DNA of 64,000 nucleotides from positions 736,001 through 800,000 of the forward strand of contig CAVYSW010000010.1 of assembly GCA_963771275.1 (NCBI GenBank), read 5' to 3'. The DNA comes from an uncultured Gemmatimonadales bacterium (GTDB lineage Bacteria; Gemmatimonadota; Gemmatimonadetes; Gemmatimonadales; GWC2-71-9). Positions 21,283-30,028 of this stretch are shown piece after piece. Below the pieces are notes generated by a model. That model searched no databases. It saw only the letters and a list, made by a program, of their open reading frames with translations, and was not told the origin of the DNA. The translations under genes and the position numbers were made by a program. The number at the start of each line of letters is the position of its first letter. Position 1 is the stretch's first letter.

Positions 21283-23073
21283 TCAGACGGTGTAGTGCCC
21301 GGCCTCCACGAGGCGGATGGCGATCGCGGCGTGCAGCGCCGCCCGGTCCACGGGGTCGTGCTTGGTGAGCCGGCGCAGACCGGCCATCATGGTCCGCAGC
21401 TCGTCCCCTGAGGCGCTCTGGGCCAGCGCGTTCCGCCCCAGGATCGCCACGTGATCCATGGCATCGTGAACGTAGAGCGTGAGCATGTCGGCCATGAGAC
21501 GGGCACCGTCCTCGCCGTCCCTGGCGGCCTTCTTGCGCGCGCGCAGCAGGCCGCTCTCGCACGCGTAGGTTTCCATGACCATGTCCGCGATATCGGCCAG
21601 GACCTCCTGGTGATCCTTGAGGTCCTCCCCGAACTTCTGGGCCGCGAATCCGAGCGCGGCGAGACAGGACTTCTTCATCGCCTTGACGAGCTTCGCTTCG
21701 GCCTCGAGAAAGCCCGGCTCACCCGCCTCGCCGAACTCCGGCGGCCCCAGCAGCTCCTCGGCCACCTGCTTCGCTGCGGCGAAGAACGGCAGCTCCTTCT
21801 TGAGCGCCTTCCGCAGGATCATCCCGGGCACCAGCATCCGGTTGATCTCGTTCGTCCCCTCGAAGATCCGGTTGATCCGCTCGTCCCGGTACACTTCCTC
21901 GAGGAAGTACTCCTCGCAGAAGCCGTAGCCGCCGAGCATCTGCAGGCCCTCATCGGCCGCGAGCGCCAACGACTCGCTCGCGAAGACCTTGATCATCGAG
22001 CACTCGATGGTGAACTCCTCGACCTTGTGGATCGTCTGGCGGTCGTAGTCCGCGGCCGTCGCGTCCAGGGTCTCGATCGCCCGGTCCATCAGCCCCGCCG
22101 TGCGGTAGACCATCGACTCCGCCACGAACGTGCGGGCCGCGATGTCGCCGATCTTGGCGCGGATCAGGCCGAAGTCGCTCAACGGGTGCCCGAACTGCCG
22201 CCGCTGGCTCACGTACGGGATCGCGTGCTCGAGCACGATCTTGCAGCCGCCGACGGTACCGGCGCCGAGCTTGAAGCGACCGACGTTCAAGATATTGAAG
22301 GCCACGACGTGCCCGCGCCCGATCTCGCCGAGCAGGTTGCCGACGGGAACCTTCGCGTCCTCGAGGATCAGCGCGCACGTCGAGGAGCCCTTGAGCCCCA
22401 TCTTCCGCTCTTCGGGACCGACCGTGAGGCCGGGGGTGTCCCGGTCCACGATGAACGCGGTGAACTTGTCGCCGTCGATCTTGGCAAAGACGATGAAGAC
22501 GTCGGCTGACGCGGCGTTGGTGATGTACTGCTTCGTGCCGGTCAGCAGGTAGTGCTGCTTGTCGTCCGTCAGGACCGCCGTCATCCGCGCCGACAGCGCG
22601 TCGGACCCCGCCTCCGGCTCGGTGAGTGCGTACGCCGAGACCAGCTCGCCCGTCGCGAGCTTCGGGAGGTAGCGCTCCTGCTGCTCCCTGGTGCCGAAGT
22701 AGACGATGGGCAGCGTCCCGATGCCCGTCTGCGCCCCGTGCCAGGCCACGAAGCTCCCCGACCGCGCCATGTGCTCGGCCACCAGCATGACCGTGGCCTT
22801 GTCCGAGCCCATGCCGCCGAACGCTTCCGGCACGTCCACGGACAGGAGTCCCGCCTCGCCCGCCTGCAGCAGCAACGGCTTCCCCAGCTCCACCTTCTTG
22901 TGGAACTCCAGCTCCTCGCGGTGCGGCAGCACGCTCCGCTCGATGAACTCGCGCGTCGTGTCACCGATCATCCGCTGCTCTTCGGTGAAGTCTTCCGGCG
23001 TGAAGATATCCGCGGGGGCGGCCTCCTCCAGGAGGAACTGGCCGCCGGTGAAATACGTCGTCTCGGTCAACAT
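21283..23073 (-). CDS. fadE: Acyl-CoA dehydrogenase (long-chain, Bacillus FadE-like)
   Basis: YALTEPEAGSDA, GTKQYITNA, ERKMGLKGSST, RRQFG, GGYGF, RINRIFEGTNEINR; GGAGG RBS before ATG 23073. Confidence 0.9.
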   Translation of the reverse strand: MLTETTYFTGGQFLLEEAAPADIFTPEDFTEEQRMIGDTTREFIERSVLPHREELEFHKKVELGKPLLLQAGEAGLLSVDVPEAFGGMGSDKATVMLVAEHMARSGSFVAWHGAQTGIGTLPIVYFGTREQQERYLPKLATGELVSAYALTEPEAGSDALSARMTAVLTDDKQHYLLTGTKQYITNAASADVFIVFAKIDGDKFTAFIVDRDTPGLTVGPEERKMGLKGSSTCALILEDAKVPVGNLLGEIGRGHVVAFNILNVGRFKLGAGTVGGCKIVLEHAIPYVSQRRQFGHPLSDFGLIRAKIGDIAARTFVAESMVYRTAGLMDRAIETLDATAADYDRQTIHKVEEFTIECSMIKVFASESLALAADEGLQMLGGYGFCEEYFLEEVYRDERINRIFEGTNEINRMLVPGMILRKALKKELPFFAAAKQVAEELLGPPEFGEAGEPGFLEAEAKLVKAMKKSCLAALGFAAQKFGEDLKDHQEVLADIADMVMETYACESGLLRARKKAARDGEDGARLMADMLTLYVHDAMDHVAILGRNALAQSASGDELRTMMAGLRRLTKHDPVDRAALHAAIAIRLVEAGHYTV

Positions 23074-23096
23074 GGCGTCTTCCTCCAGTCTCCTAT

Positions 23097-24281
23097 TTAG
23101 GCCGCCTCGAAGATCCCCGCGGCACCCATGCCGGTGCCGATGCACATCGTGACCATGGCGTACCGCCCCTTGCGGCGCCGCAAATCGTGCAGCGCCGTCG
23201 CCGTGAGCTTGGCGCCGGTGCAGCCCAGCGGGTGCCCCAGCGCGATGGCTCCGCCGTTGGCGTTGAGGCGGGGGTCCTCCGGATCGAGCTTCAGGCCCTG
23301 GAGGACGGCCAGGCTCTGGGCGGCGAACGCCTCGTTCAGCTCGATCACGTTCATGTCGTCCAGCTTGAGGCCGAGTCGCTGCAGCACCTTCGGCACTGCC
23401 GCCACGGGGCCGATCCCCATGATCTCCGGCGGCACGCCCGCCACCGCGTAGCCCACCCAGCGGGCCAGCGGCGCGAGCTTGAGCTCGGCGGCGATCTGCG
23501 GCGTGGTCAACAGCACCGCCGCGGCACCGTCGGTCATCTGGCTCGAGTTGCCGGCGGTGACCGTGCCGCGATCCATGAACGCCGGCTTGAGCTTCGCCAG
23601 CGCCTCGAGAGTCGTGTCGGCGCGCGGCCCTTCGTCACGATCGAGCGTCACGTCCCGCGTGACCGGCTTGCCGGTGGGCCCCGGCTCGCACACGGCGGTC
23701 TGCACCGGTACGAGCTCCGCATCGAACCGGCCCGCCTGCTGGGCCGCCACGGCCTTCATGTGGCTGCGATAGGCGAACGCGTCCTGGGCCTCGCGGGTGA
23801 TCTTGTCCCGCTCAGCCAGCCGCTCGGCGGTGAGCCCCATGCCGAGGTAGGTCCCCGGCGATGCCGCCACCATCGTGGGGTTGGGCAGATACCGCATGCC
23901 GCCCATCGGCACGAGCGTCATCGACTCCACACCACCCGCGATCGCCACGTCGATCTGGCCCAACGCGATCTCGGCCGCCGCCACGTTGATGCTCTCCAGC
24001 CCCGACGAGCAGAACCGGTTCACCGTCATCCCCGGAACGCTGTCGGGCAGTCCGGCAAGCAGCACCAGGTTGCGGCCCACGTTCATGCCCTGCTCGCCCT
24101 CGGGCATGGCGCAGCCGATCACGACGTCGCCGACGCGGGCCGGATCGAGGTTCGGGGCCCGGGCCAGCAGCGCGCGGATCACCGCCGCGCCGAGATCATC
24201 GGGGCGCGTCTGCCGGAAGGTCCCCTTCTTCGCCCGGCCGCCCGGGGTCCGGAGCGCCAGCGCCACCACCACGTCTCTCAT
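23097..24281 (-). CDS. fadA: Acetyl-CoA C-acyltransferase (thiolase)
   Basis: [32 protein letters not shown] before ATG 24281. Confidence 0.93.
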   Translation of the reverse strand: MRDVVVALALRTPGGRAKKGTFRQTRPDDLGAAVIRALLARAPNLDPARVGDVVIGCAMPEGEQGMNVGRNLVLLAGLPDSVPGMTVNRFCSSGLESINVAAAEIALGQIDVAIAGGVESMTLVPMGGMRYLPNPTMVAASPGTYLGMGLTAERLAERDKITREAQDAFAYRSHMKAVAAQQAGRFDAELVPVQTAVCEPGPTGKPVTRDVTLDRDEGPRADTTLEALAKLKPAFMDRGTVTAGNSSQMTDGAAAVLLTTPQIAAELKLAPLARWVGYAVAGVPPEIMGIGPVAAVPKVLQRLGLKLDDMNVIELNEAFAAQSLAVLQGLKLDPEDPRLNANGGAIALGHPLGCTGAKLTATALHDLRRRKGRYAMVTMCIGTGMGAAGIFEAA

Positions 24282-24300
24282 GGCCGTCTCCTTCCGTCCG

Positions 24301-26703
24301 TCAGTTGCGCAGGGGTTTGCCGGTCTTGAGGATCGCCTGCATCCGATCGAGACTCTTCCGCTCCCCGCACAACCTGAGGAAGCTCTCACGCTCCAGGTCC
24401 AGCAGGTGCTGCTCCGACACCGTTGTGGGGCCCGGCACGTTGCCGCCGCTCAGAATCCGCGCCAGCTCCCGCCCGATCTTCCGGTCGTGCGCCGAGATGT
24501 AGCGGCCCTCCTCCATGTTGAAGAGCACGGACTCGACGAGTGCCACACCCGCATTGCCCATCACGGGGATGTTCGCGAGCGGGCGCACCGGCTCGAACCC
24601 CGCGCGGGCCATCGCCAGCGCGCGATCCTTGGCGTCGGCGATCCGGTGATCGCCGTTCATCGACCAGGTGTCCTGCGCCCGCAGGAACCCCACGTCGCGC
24701 GCCTCGTCGGCCGACGTCGCCACCTTGGCCATGCCGATCGTCTCGAACGTCTTGCGCAGCGCCGGATACACGTCGGTCGGATCGGGCAGCGCAGCCACGT
24801 TGCGCTTGTAGAGACGCATGCAGCCGCCACCGGCGGGCACCACCCCGGCACCGACTTCCACCAGACCGATGTAGGTCTCGGCGGCGGCGCGGATGGCGTG
24901 GCCCGCCATGGTCACCTCGCAGCCCCCGCCCAGCGTCAGGCCGTGCGGCGCCGTCACCACCGGAACGCCGCACTGCGCGAGCCGATTCGTGGCGGCCTGG
25001 AACTGACGGACGATCGCGTCGATCTCGTCCCAGTTCCCCTCCTGCGCCTCCATCAGCAGGAGCATGAGGTTGGCGCCGGCGCTGAAGTTCTCCCCCTGGT
25101 TCGCCACGACCAGTGCCTGCCCCTGGGTTTCGGCCTCCTTGCAGGCCGTCATGATCATGGAAATGGTGTCCTGGCCGATGACGTTCATCTTCGAATGGAA
25201 CTCGAGGCAGAAGACGCCATCCCCCAGATCCAGCAGGCTCGCGCCGGGGTTGTGCCGGATTTCCTTGCCGGCGTGCCGTAGGATCGCGAAGTCGTGCACC
25301 CGCGGATCAACGGGCACCGGAACCAGGATGCCGGGCTGGGCGGTGGGGGCGCGGAGCGCGCCGTCGTCCCGACGGTACAGCGACTCCCCGCCCGCGCAGT
25401 ACAGCGCGGTAATCCACTCCGGCAGCGCGTAGTGCTCGGCCTGGAGGCGCTCGGTGACGGTTCGGAACCCCAGGGCGTCCCAGATCTCGAACGGGCCCAT
25501 GGTCCAGTTGAAGCCCCAACGCACCGCGCGATCGACCGCCGAGACGTCGTCGCAGATCTCCCCGATGCGCAGCGCGGCGTACGACAGGGAGGGAGCGAGC
25601 ATCTTCCAGGCGGCCGCCGCCGCGCGGCCCTTGCCGAACAGCAGCTTCTTGAGCCGCTCGGTGAGGTCCTCGATCGGCTTGAGCGCCTCGAGCTCGGGGA
25701 ACGATGCCTTCTTCCCCTCGCGGTACTCGAGCGTCGCGAGGTCGAGCGTCAGCACGCTTCCGCCGTCCGCGCCCTTGACCTTCTTGTAGAAGCCGGCGCC
25801 GCTCTTCCGGCCGAGCAGCCCCTTCTGCACCATCTTCTGGAGGAACTCGGGGGAGACGAACATCGCGCGGCTTTCGTCGTCCGGCGCGTTCTCGTACACG
25901 TTGTTCGCCACGTGAATGAACGTGTCCAGGCCCACCAGGTCCGCGAGGCGGAAGGTGGCGGTCTTCGGCCGGCCGAGGGCCGGCCCGGTCAGGGCGTCCA
26001 CTTCCTCGACCGTCAGCCCCATCTCCTGCATGACCTTGAGCGTCACCATCACCGCATGCACGCCAACCCGGTTGGCGATGAAGTTCGGCGTGTCCTTCGC
26101 GGGGACGATGCCCTTCCCCAGCCGCGTGCGTGCGAACTCCGTGACGGCGGCCAGCACCTCGGGCGACGTCGTCGCCGCCGGGATCACCTCGAGCAGCTTC
26201 ATGTAGCGCGGTGGATTGAAGAAGTGCGTACCGAGGAACCGCGGCGTCAGCGCGTCGGGCAGGACGGCCGCCATGGCGGCGAGGGACAGGCCCGACGTGT
26301 TGCTCGACAGGATCGCGTCGGGGCCGACGTGCGGCGCCGCGGCGGCAAGCACCTTCTGCTTGATGGCGAGGTCCTCCTTGACCACCTCCACGACCCAGTC
26401 CGCGTCCTTGATGCGCGGCAGGTCGTCCTCGAGGTTGCCCACCTCGATCAGGCCCAGGCGCCCCGCCGAGAAGAGCGGGGACGGCTTGGCCTTGAGCAGG
26501 GCGTTCACCGAATCGGCCGCGATCCGGTTGCGGACGGCCTTGTCCTTCGCGGTGAGCCCGGCCGCCTGTTCGGCGTCGGTGACGTCCTTGGGAACGATGT
26601 CGAGCACCAGCGAGGGAACGCCGGCGTTGGCGAAGTGCGCGGCGATAGCGCTGCCCATCACGCCGGACCCGAGCACGGCGACCTTGCGTACGTGCCGCTT
26701 CAT
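24301..26703 (-). CDS. fadN: 3-hydroxyacyl-CoA dehydrogenase / enoyl-CoA hydratase fusion (FadN-like)
   Basis: 800 aa; GSGVMG, SNTSG, HFFNPPRY, then crotonase-like NFSAGANL, GGGCE, GLVEVGAG. Confidence 0.9.
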   Translation of the reverse strand: MKRHVRKVAVLGSGVMGSAIAAHFANAGVPSLVLDIVPKDVTDAEQAAGLTAKDKAVRNRIAADSVNALLKAKPSPLFSAGRLGLIEVGNLEDDLPRIKDADWVVEVVKEDLAIKQKVLAAAAPHVGPDAILSSNTSGLSLAAMAAVLPDALTPRFLGTHFFNPPRYMKLLEVIPAATTSPEVLAAVTEFARTRLGKGIVPAKDTPNFIANRVGVHAVMVTLKVMQEMGLTVEEVDALTGPALGRPKTATFRLADLVGLDTFIHVANNVYENAPDDESRAMFVSPEFLQKMVQKGLLGRKSGAGFYKKVKGADGGSVLTLDLATLEYREGKKASFPELEALKPIEDLTERLKKLLFGKGRAAAAAWKMLAPSLSYAALRIGEICDDVSAVDRAVRWGFNWTMGPFEIWDALGFRTVTERLQAEHYALPEWITALYCAGGESLYRRDDGALRAPTAQPGILVPVPVDPRVHDFAILRHAGKEIRHNPGASLLDLGDGVFCLEFHSKMNVIGQDTISMIMTACKEAETQGQALVVANQGENFSAGANLMLLLMEAQEGNWDEIDAIVRQFQAATNRLAQCGVPVVTAPHGLTLGGGCEVTMAGHAIRAAAETYIGLVEVGAGVVPAGGGCMRLYKRNVAALPDPTDVYPALRKTFETIGMAKVATSADEARDVGFLRAQDTWSMNGDHRIADAKDRALAMARAGFEPVRPLANIPVMGNAGVALVESVLFNMEEGRYISAHDRKIGRELARILSGGNVPGPTTVSEQHLLDLERESFLRLCGERKSLDRMQAILKTGKPLRN

Positions 26704-26723
26704 GAGGGACCTCCGGCAAGAAA

Positions 26724-26741
26724 ACTGAATGACTGTTCAGT
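26724..26741. promoter_or_regulatory. Putative FadR (TetR) operator 1
   Basis: Palindrome ACTGAA-TGACTG-TTCAGT 20 nt upstream of fadN; TGAATGA half-site resembles the Bacillus FadR box. Confidence 0.65.
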
Positions 26742-26877
26742 AGACTATGCGCCGCGGATCGCGCTGTCAACCACGGCGACACGGTGGCCTGGCGCGGTTG
26801 TGCGCGCCTCTGAATGTGCCATATTGTGCGCAGCAGTGGGGGCGGCAGGCCCCGAGGCCGGCCATGCTCGGGACGCC

Positions 26878-26895
26878 AGTGAGTCAGCATTCAGT
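26878..26895. promoter_or_regulatory. Putative FadR (TetR) operator 2
   Basis: AGTGAGTCAGCATTCAGT (reverse complement ACTGAATGCTGACTCACT) matches operator 1; just upstream of the TetR gene. Confidence 0.55.
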
Positions 26896-26925
26896 GCGAA
26901 GGGTCGCATGCGGCGCGGAGCGGCG

Positions 26926-27519
26926 GTGACCATCCATCGCAAGGAAGCCAAGCGGCAGCGGATTCTCGACGCGGCCGTCGTCGAGATCGCGCGCCGTGGA
27001 TACTACGGCACGACGGTGTCCACCATCGCCCGGCGCGCCGGCGTCGCGGACGGGACGATCTACCTCTACTTCAAGAACAAGGAGGAGATCCTCTTCTCCA
27101 TCTTCGACCGCGCGATGCAGCGGTTCATCGACGAAGCCCGGCGGATCGTGGATGCCGCCGCCGGCGACCCCGAACAGAAGCTGCGCCGCGTGATCGACCT
27201 GCATCTCGGCCTCCTGGGGGAGCACCGCGATCTCGCCGTGATCTTCCAGGTCGAGTTCCGCCACACGCTGCACGTGCTGGAGCTGCTGTCGCGGAGCGGC
27301 ATCCGCGACTACCTCGCCCTGATCGCGCGGATCGTCGAGCAGGGAAAGCGGGACGGTCTGTTCCGGAACGACGTGGACGCCCTGTTTGCCGCCAAGGTCC
27401 TGTTCGGCATCCTCGACGAAATGGCCACCGACTGGGTGCTGTCGAAGAAGAACACGCGCATGGCGTCCCGGGCACAGCCCGTCAGCGAGTTGCTGCTGCG
27501 CGGCCTGCGAGCCCCCTGA
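26926..27519 (+). CDS. fadR: TetR-family regulator of fatty-acid degradation (FadR/YsiA-like)
   Basis: HTH IARRAGVADGTIYLYFKNKEEIL; divergent from fadN-fadA-fadE; start GTG 26926 after GGAG (alternative ATG 26908). Confidence 0.82.
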   Translation: MTIHRKEAKRQRILDAAVVEIARRGYYGTTVSTIARRAGVADGTIYLYFKNKEEILFSIFDRAMQRFIDEARRIVDAAAGDPEQKLRRVIDLHLGLLGEHRDLAVIFQVEFRHTLHVLELLSRSGIRDYLALIARIVEQGKRDGLFRNDVDALFAAKVLFGILDEMATDWVLSKKNTRMASRAQPVSELLLRGLRAP

Positions 27520-27539
27520 GGCGGTCGCTCCGGACGCGC

Positions 27540-28705
27540 CGATCGCGCGACAGCAAACCCGCCTCGATCAATCGGAAATGCGCCCGGCACGCCGTTGAGG
27601 ACTCCGGGACGGTGCGGTAGCTTGGTCGGCAGAGAGGTGGGCGTTCGGCAGGTCGGGATACCCGGCGACATGCTCGAGGTGCTACGGGTGTTCGTCGCGA
27701 TGGATGGTGGGTACCGCGCGGCGCCGGCTGCGACAGGATGACCGCTGCTGGGAAGGCCCGTCCGGCAGGCGCCATCGAGAGCCGCCATTATCGGGAATTG
27801 TTCCGCCACACCCTCACTCGCCAGATCCTGCTGTACTTCATGCCGCTGCTCCTGTTGGCGGTGTTCTTTCACATCCAGTACCAACGGCTGGTGCGGGACA
27901 GTGCGCGCGCCCACCTCGCGGTGATCGCCGAGAGCCAGGCGACCACCTTCGATCTGTTTCTCCGTGAGCGCCTGGTGAATCTCGCGAACATCATCGACGA
28001 TCCCCTGTTCCCGCCCCACGCCCGCGACGAGACCTACCTGGCCGCTCGCCTCGCCGCCCTCCGCCAGACCAACGACGCGTTCGCCGATCTCGGCGTGGTG
28101 AGCGCCACGGGAGCGCTCGAGACGTACGTCGGACCGGTCGCCTTTCCCGCAGGGGTCAACTACCACGACGAGCGCTGGTTCCACGAGCTCCTTGCAGGCA
28201 AGGAGCGGTCGATCATCACAGAGATCTATCTCGGCTTCCGCGGACGGCCCCATTTCACGATCGCCGTGAAGCGGGAGCGCAACGGCTCCGTGCAGGTGCT
28301 GCGCTCGACCCTGTCCCCGGAGCGGCTCGCCGAGTACCTGACCACGCTCGAGGGCGCCAACGAGGTCCGGGCGGCCGTGGTGAGCGCCACGGGGGTACTC
28401 CAGGTAGCCGCGCCCCTCACCGGGAGCCCGCTGCAGGGCTCGCTGTTCACGCCGCCCCGGGAGCCCGTGCGCGGCTTCGTCGGGCGCAACCGCGCGACCG
28501 GCGCCCCCGACTACGCCTACGCCTGGCTGCGCGAGACGCCGTGGGCGCTGGTGCTGACGGACGCCGGCGCGCACGCCGACGCGCGCACCGCCGCCCTCCC
28601 GGGCGGCATCTTCACGATCACGGTCGCGTTCTTCACGCTCATGGGGATCGTCATCCTCCTGCGGGCACGCCAGCTCGTGGGCAAGCAGCTCGCCGTCGAG
28701 CGTCA
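27540..28705 (+). repeat. Copy 1 of a ~1.17-kb diverged duplication (promoter region + sensor domain)
   Basis: Aligns by eye with 35230-36392 in both non-coding and coding parts. Confidence 0.85.
27595..27623 (+). promoter_or_regulatory. Sigma-70-type promoter of the kinase/transporter cluster
   Basis: TTGAGG-N17-TAGCTT; both hexamers and the spacing are identical in the duplicate at 35288-35316. Confidence 0.65.
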
Positions 28706-29438
28706 TGAGGCCGAGCTCTCCGGCCAGCTGGTGCAGGCGGCCAAGCTCGCCTCCGTGGGCGAGCTGGCGGCCGGGATCGCGCACGAGATCAACAACCCGC
28801 TGGCGATCATCGCGGAAGAAGTCGGGGTGCTGAAGGACGCGCTCGACCCGGCCCTCGCCGGCGCCGACGATCCCCCGGTCGACACCCCGGAACGGCTCCA
28901 GGCCATCCACGAGGCCGTGTTCCGCTGTCGCGATATCACCCGCAAGCTCCTGGGCTTCGTCCGACAGACCGAAGTCAAGCTGGAGCCTTGCGACCTCCAC
29001 GCCATCCTGGACGACGTGCTGGACGGCATGCTGGGCAACGAGCTGGCGATCACGGGCATCACGGTCGTGCGCGCGTACGACCCGGGCGTGACGGCGATCC
29101 TGACCGACCGGAACCAGCTGGTCCAGGTCTTGGTGAACCTCGTGAAGAACGCGGCGGACGCGATGCAGCCACGCGGCGGAACGCTCACCGTGACGACGCT
29201 GCATCACGCTGATCGCGTCGCGATCGCGATCACCGATACCGGCTGCGGCATCGCGCCCGACCAGCTCGAGCAGATCTTCATGCCGTTCTACACCACCAAG
29301 GAGCCCGGGCGCGGGACTGGGCTCGGGCTCAGCGTCAGCTACACGATCATCAAGAGCTTCGGGGGGACGGTGCGGGTGGACAGCGCCCCCGGACGCGGCA
29401 GCACGTTCACCGTCGAGCTGCCGTACCACGCCACCTGA
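27738..29438 (+). CDS. Membrane sensor histidine kinase (2 TM, extracytoplasmic Cache-like domain, HisKA + HATPase)
   Basis: AGIAHEINNPL H-box, NLVKNAADA N-box, DTGCGI, FYTTK, GTGLGL. Confidence 0.92.
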   Translation: MTAAGKARPAGAIESRHYRELFRHTLTRQILLYFMPLLLLAVFFHIQYQRLVRDSARAHLAVIAESQATTFDLFLRERLVNLANIIDDPLFPPHARDETYLAARLAALRQTNDAFADLGVVSATGALETYVGPVAFPAGVNYHDERWFHELLAGKERSIITEIYLGFRGRPHFTIAVKRERNGSVQVLRSTLSPERLAEYLTTLEGANEVRAAVVSATGVLQVAAPLTGSPLQGSLFTPPREPVRGFVGRNRATGAPDYAYAWLRETPWALVLTDAGAHADARTAALPGGIFTITVAFFTLMGIVILLRARQLVGKQLAVERHEAELSGQLVQAAKLASVGELAAGIAHEINNPLAIIAEEVGVLKDALDPALAGADDPPVDTPERLQAIHEAVFRCRDITRKLLGFVRQTEVKLEPCDLHAILDDVLDGMLGNELAITGITVVRAYDPGVTAILTDRNQLVQVLVNLVKNAADAMQPRGGTLTVTTLHHADRVAIAITDTGCGIAPDQLEQIFMPFYTTKEPGRGTGLGLSVSYTIIKSFGGTVRVDSAPGRGSTFTVELPYHAT

Positions 29439-29464
29439 GCACGGGTGGATCGGAGACCCGGACC

Positions 29465-30025
29465 GTGGCCAAGCGAGTGAAGGACCTCACGCTGTCGCTG
29501 TCGGAATACGCGGTCGTCGACGAGGACGCCACGATTCTCGACGCCCTCCGCGCGCTCGACAAGTCGCAAGCCGCGCTTCCCCCGGGTCGACAGCCCCACC
29601 GCGCCGTGCTGGTGCGGGACCGGCACGGCACGATCGTCGGCAAGCTGCACCACTTCGCGTTCCTCCGTGCGCTGATCGCCGAGCGCAAGACCTGGCTCGA
29701 AGGAGGCATACTCGACCGCGCCGGGGTGGGCGACGACCTGCTGCAGGCCTCGCTCCAGACCCTCGGTCTGCTCACGGGCGATCTGGTGGACGTGTGCGTC
29801 CGGGCCCGCAACGTCGCGGTGCGTGATGTCTACACGGCGGCGACGGCCCGCATCGACGAGGAGGCGTCGCTCGCGGACGCCGCCGCAGCGTTCCTGGAGC
29901 ACCAGACGCTGTCCCTGCTGGTGGGGCGCGGGGGCCAGACGGTGGGCATACTGCGGCTCAGTGATCTTTTCGACGAGCTCGCCCGGCAGATCACGCAGGG
30001 CGCCGGCACCGGGCAGAGGACATAG
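29465..30025 (+). CDS. CBS-domain (Bateman module) protein
   Basis: 186 aa; two CBS-like segments: VDEDATILDALRAL...HRAVLVRD...IVG and IDEEASLADA...VGILRLSDLF. Confidence 0.75.
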   Translation: MAKRVKDLTLSLSEYAVVDEDATILDALRALDKSQAALPPGRQPHRAVLVRDRHGTIVGKLHHFAFLRALIAERKTWLEGGILDRAGVGDDLLQASLQTLGLLTGDLVDVCVRARNVAVRDVYTAATARIDEEASLADAAAAFLEHQTLSLLVGRGGQTVGILRLSDLFDELARQITQGAGTGQRT

Positions 30026-30028
30026 ACG

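Noticed and set aside
25294..26907. 741-aa plus-strand ORF as a long TetR fusion
   Set aside because: Upstream part is antisense to fadN; only 26908/26926..27519 is TetR-like
27585..27600. GGCACG...TTGA as a sigma-54 promoter
   Set aside because: The -12 position reads AG rather than GC in both copies; a sigma-70 reading with exact 17-nt spacing fits better
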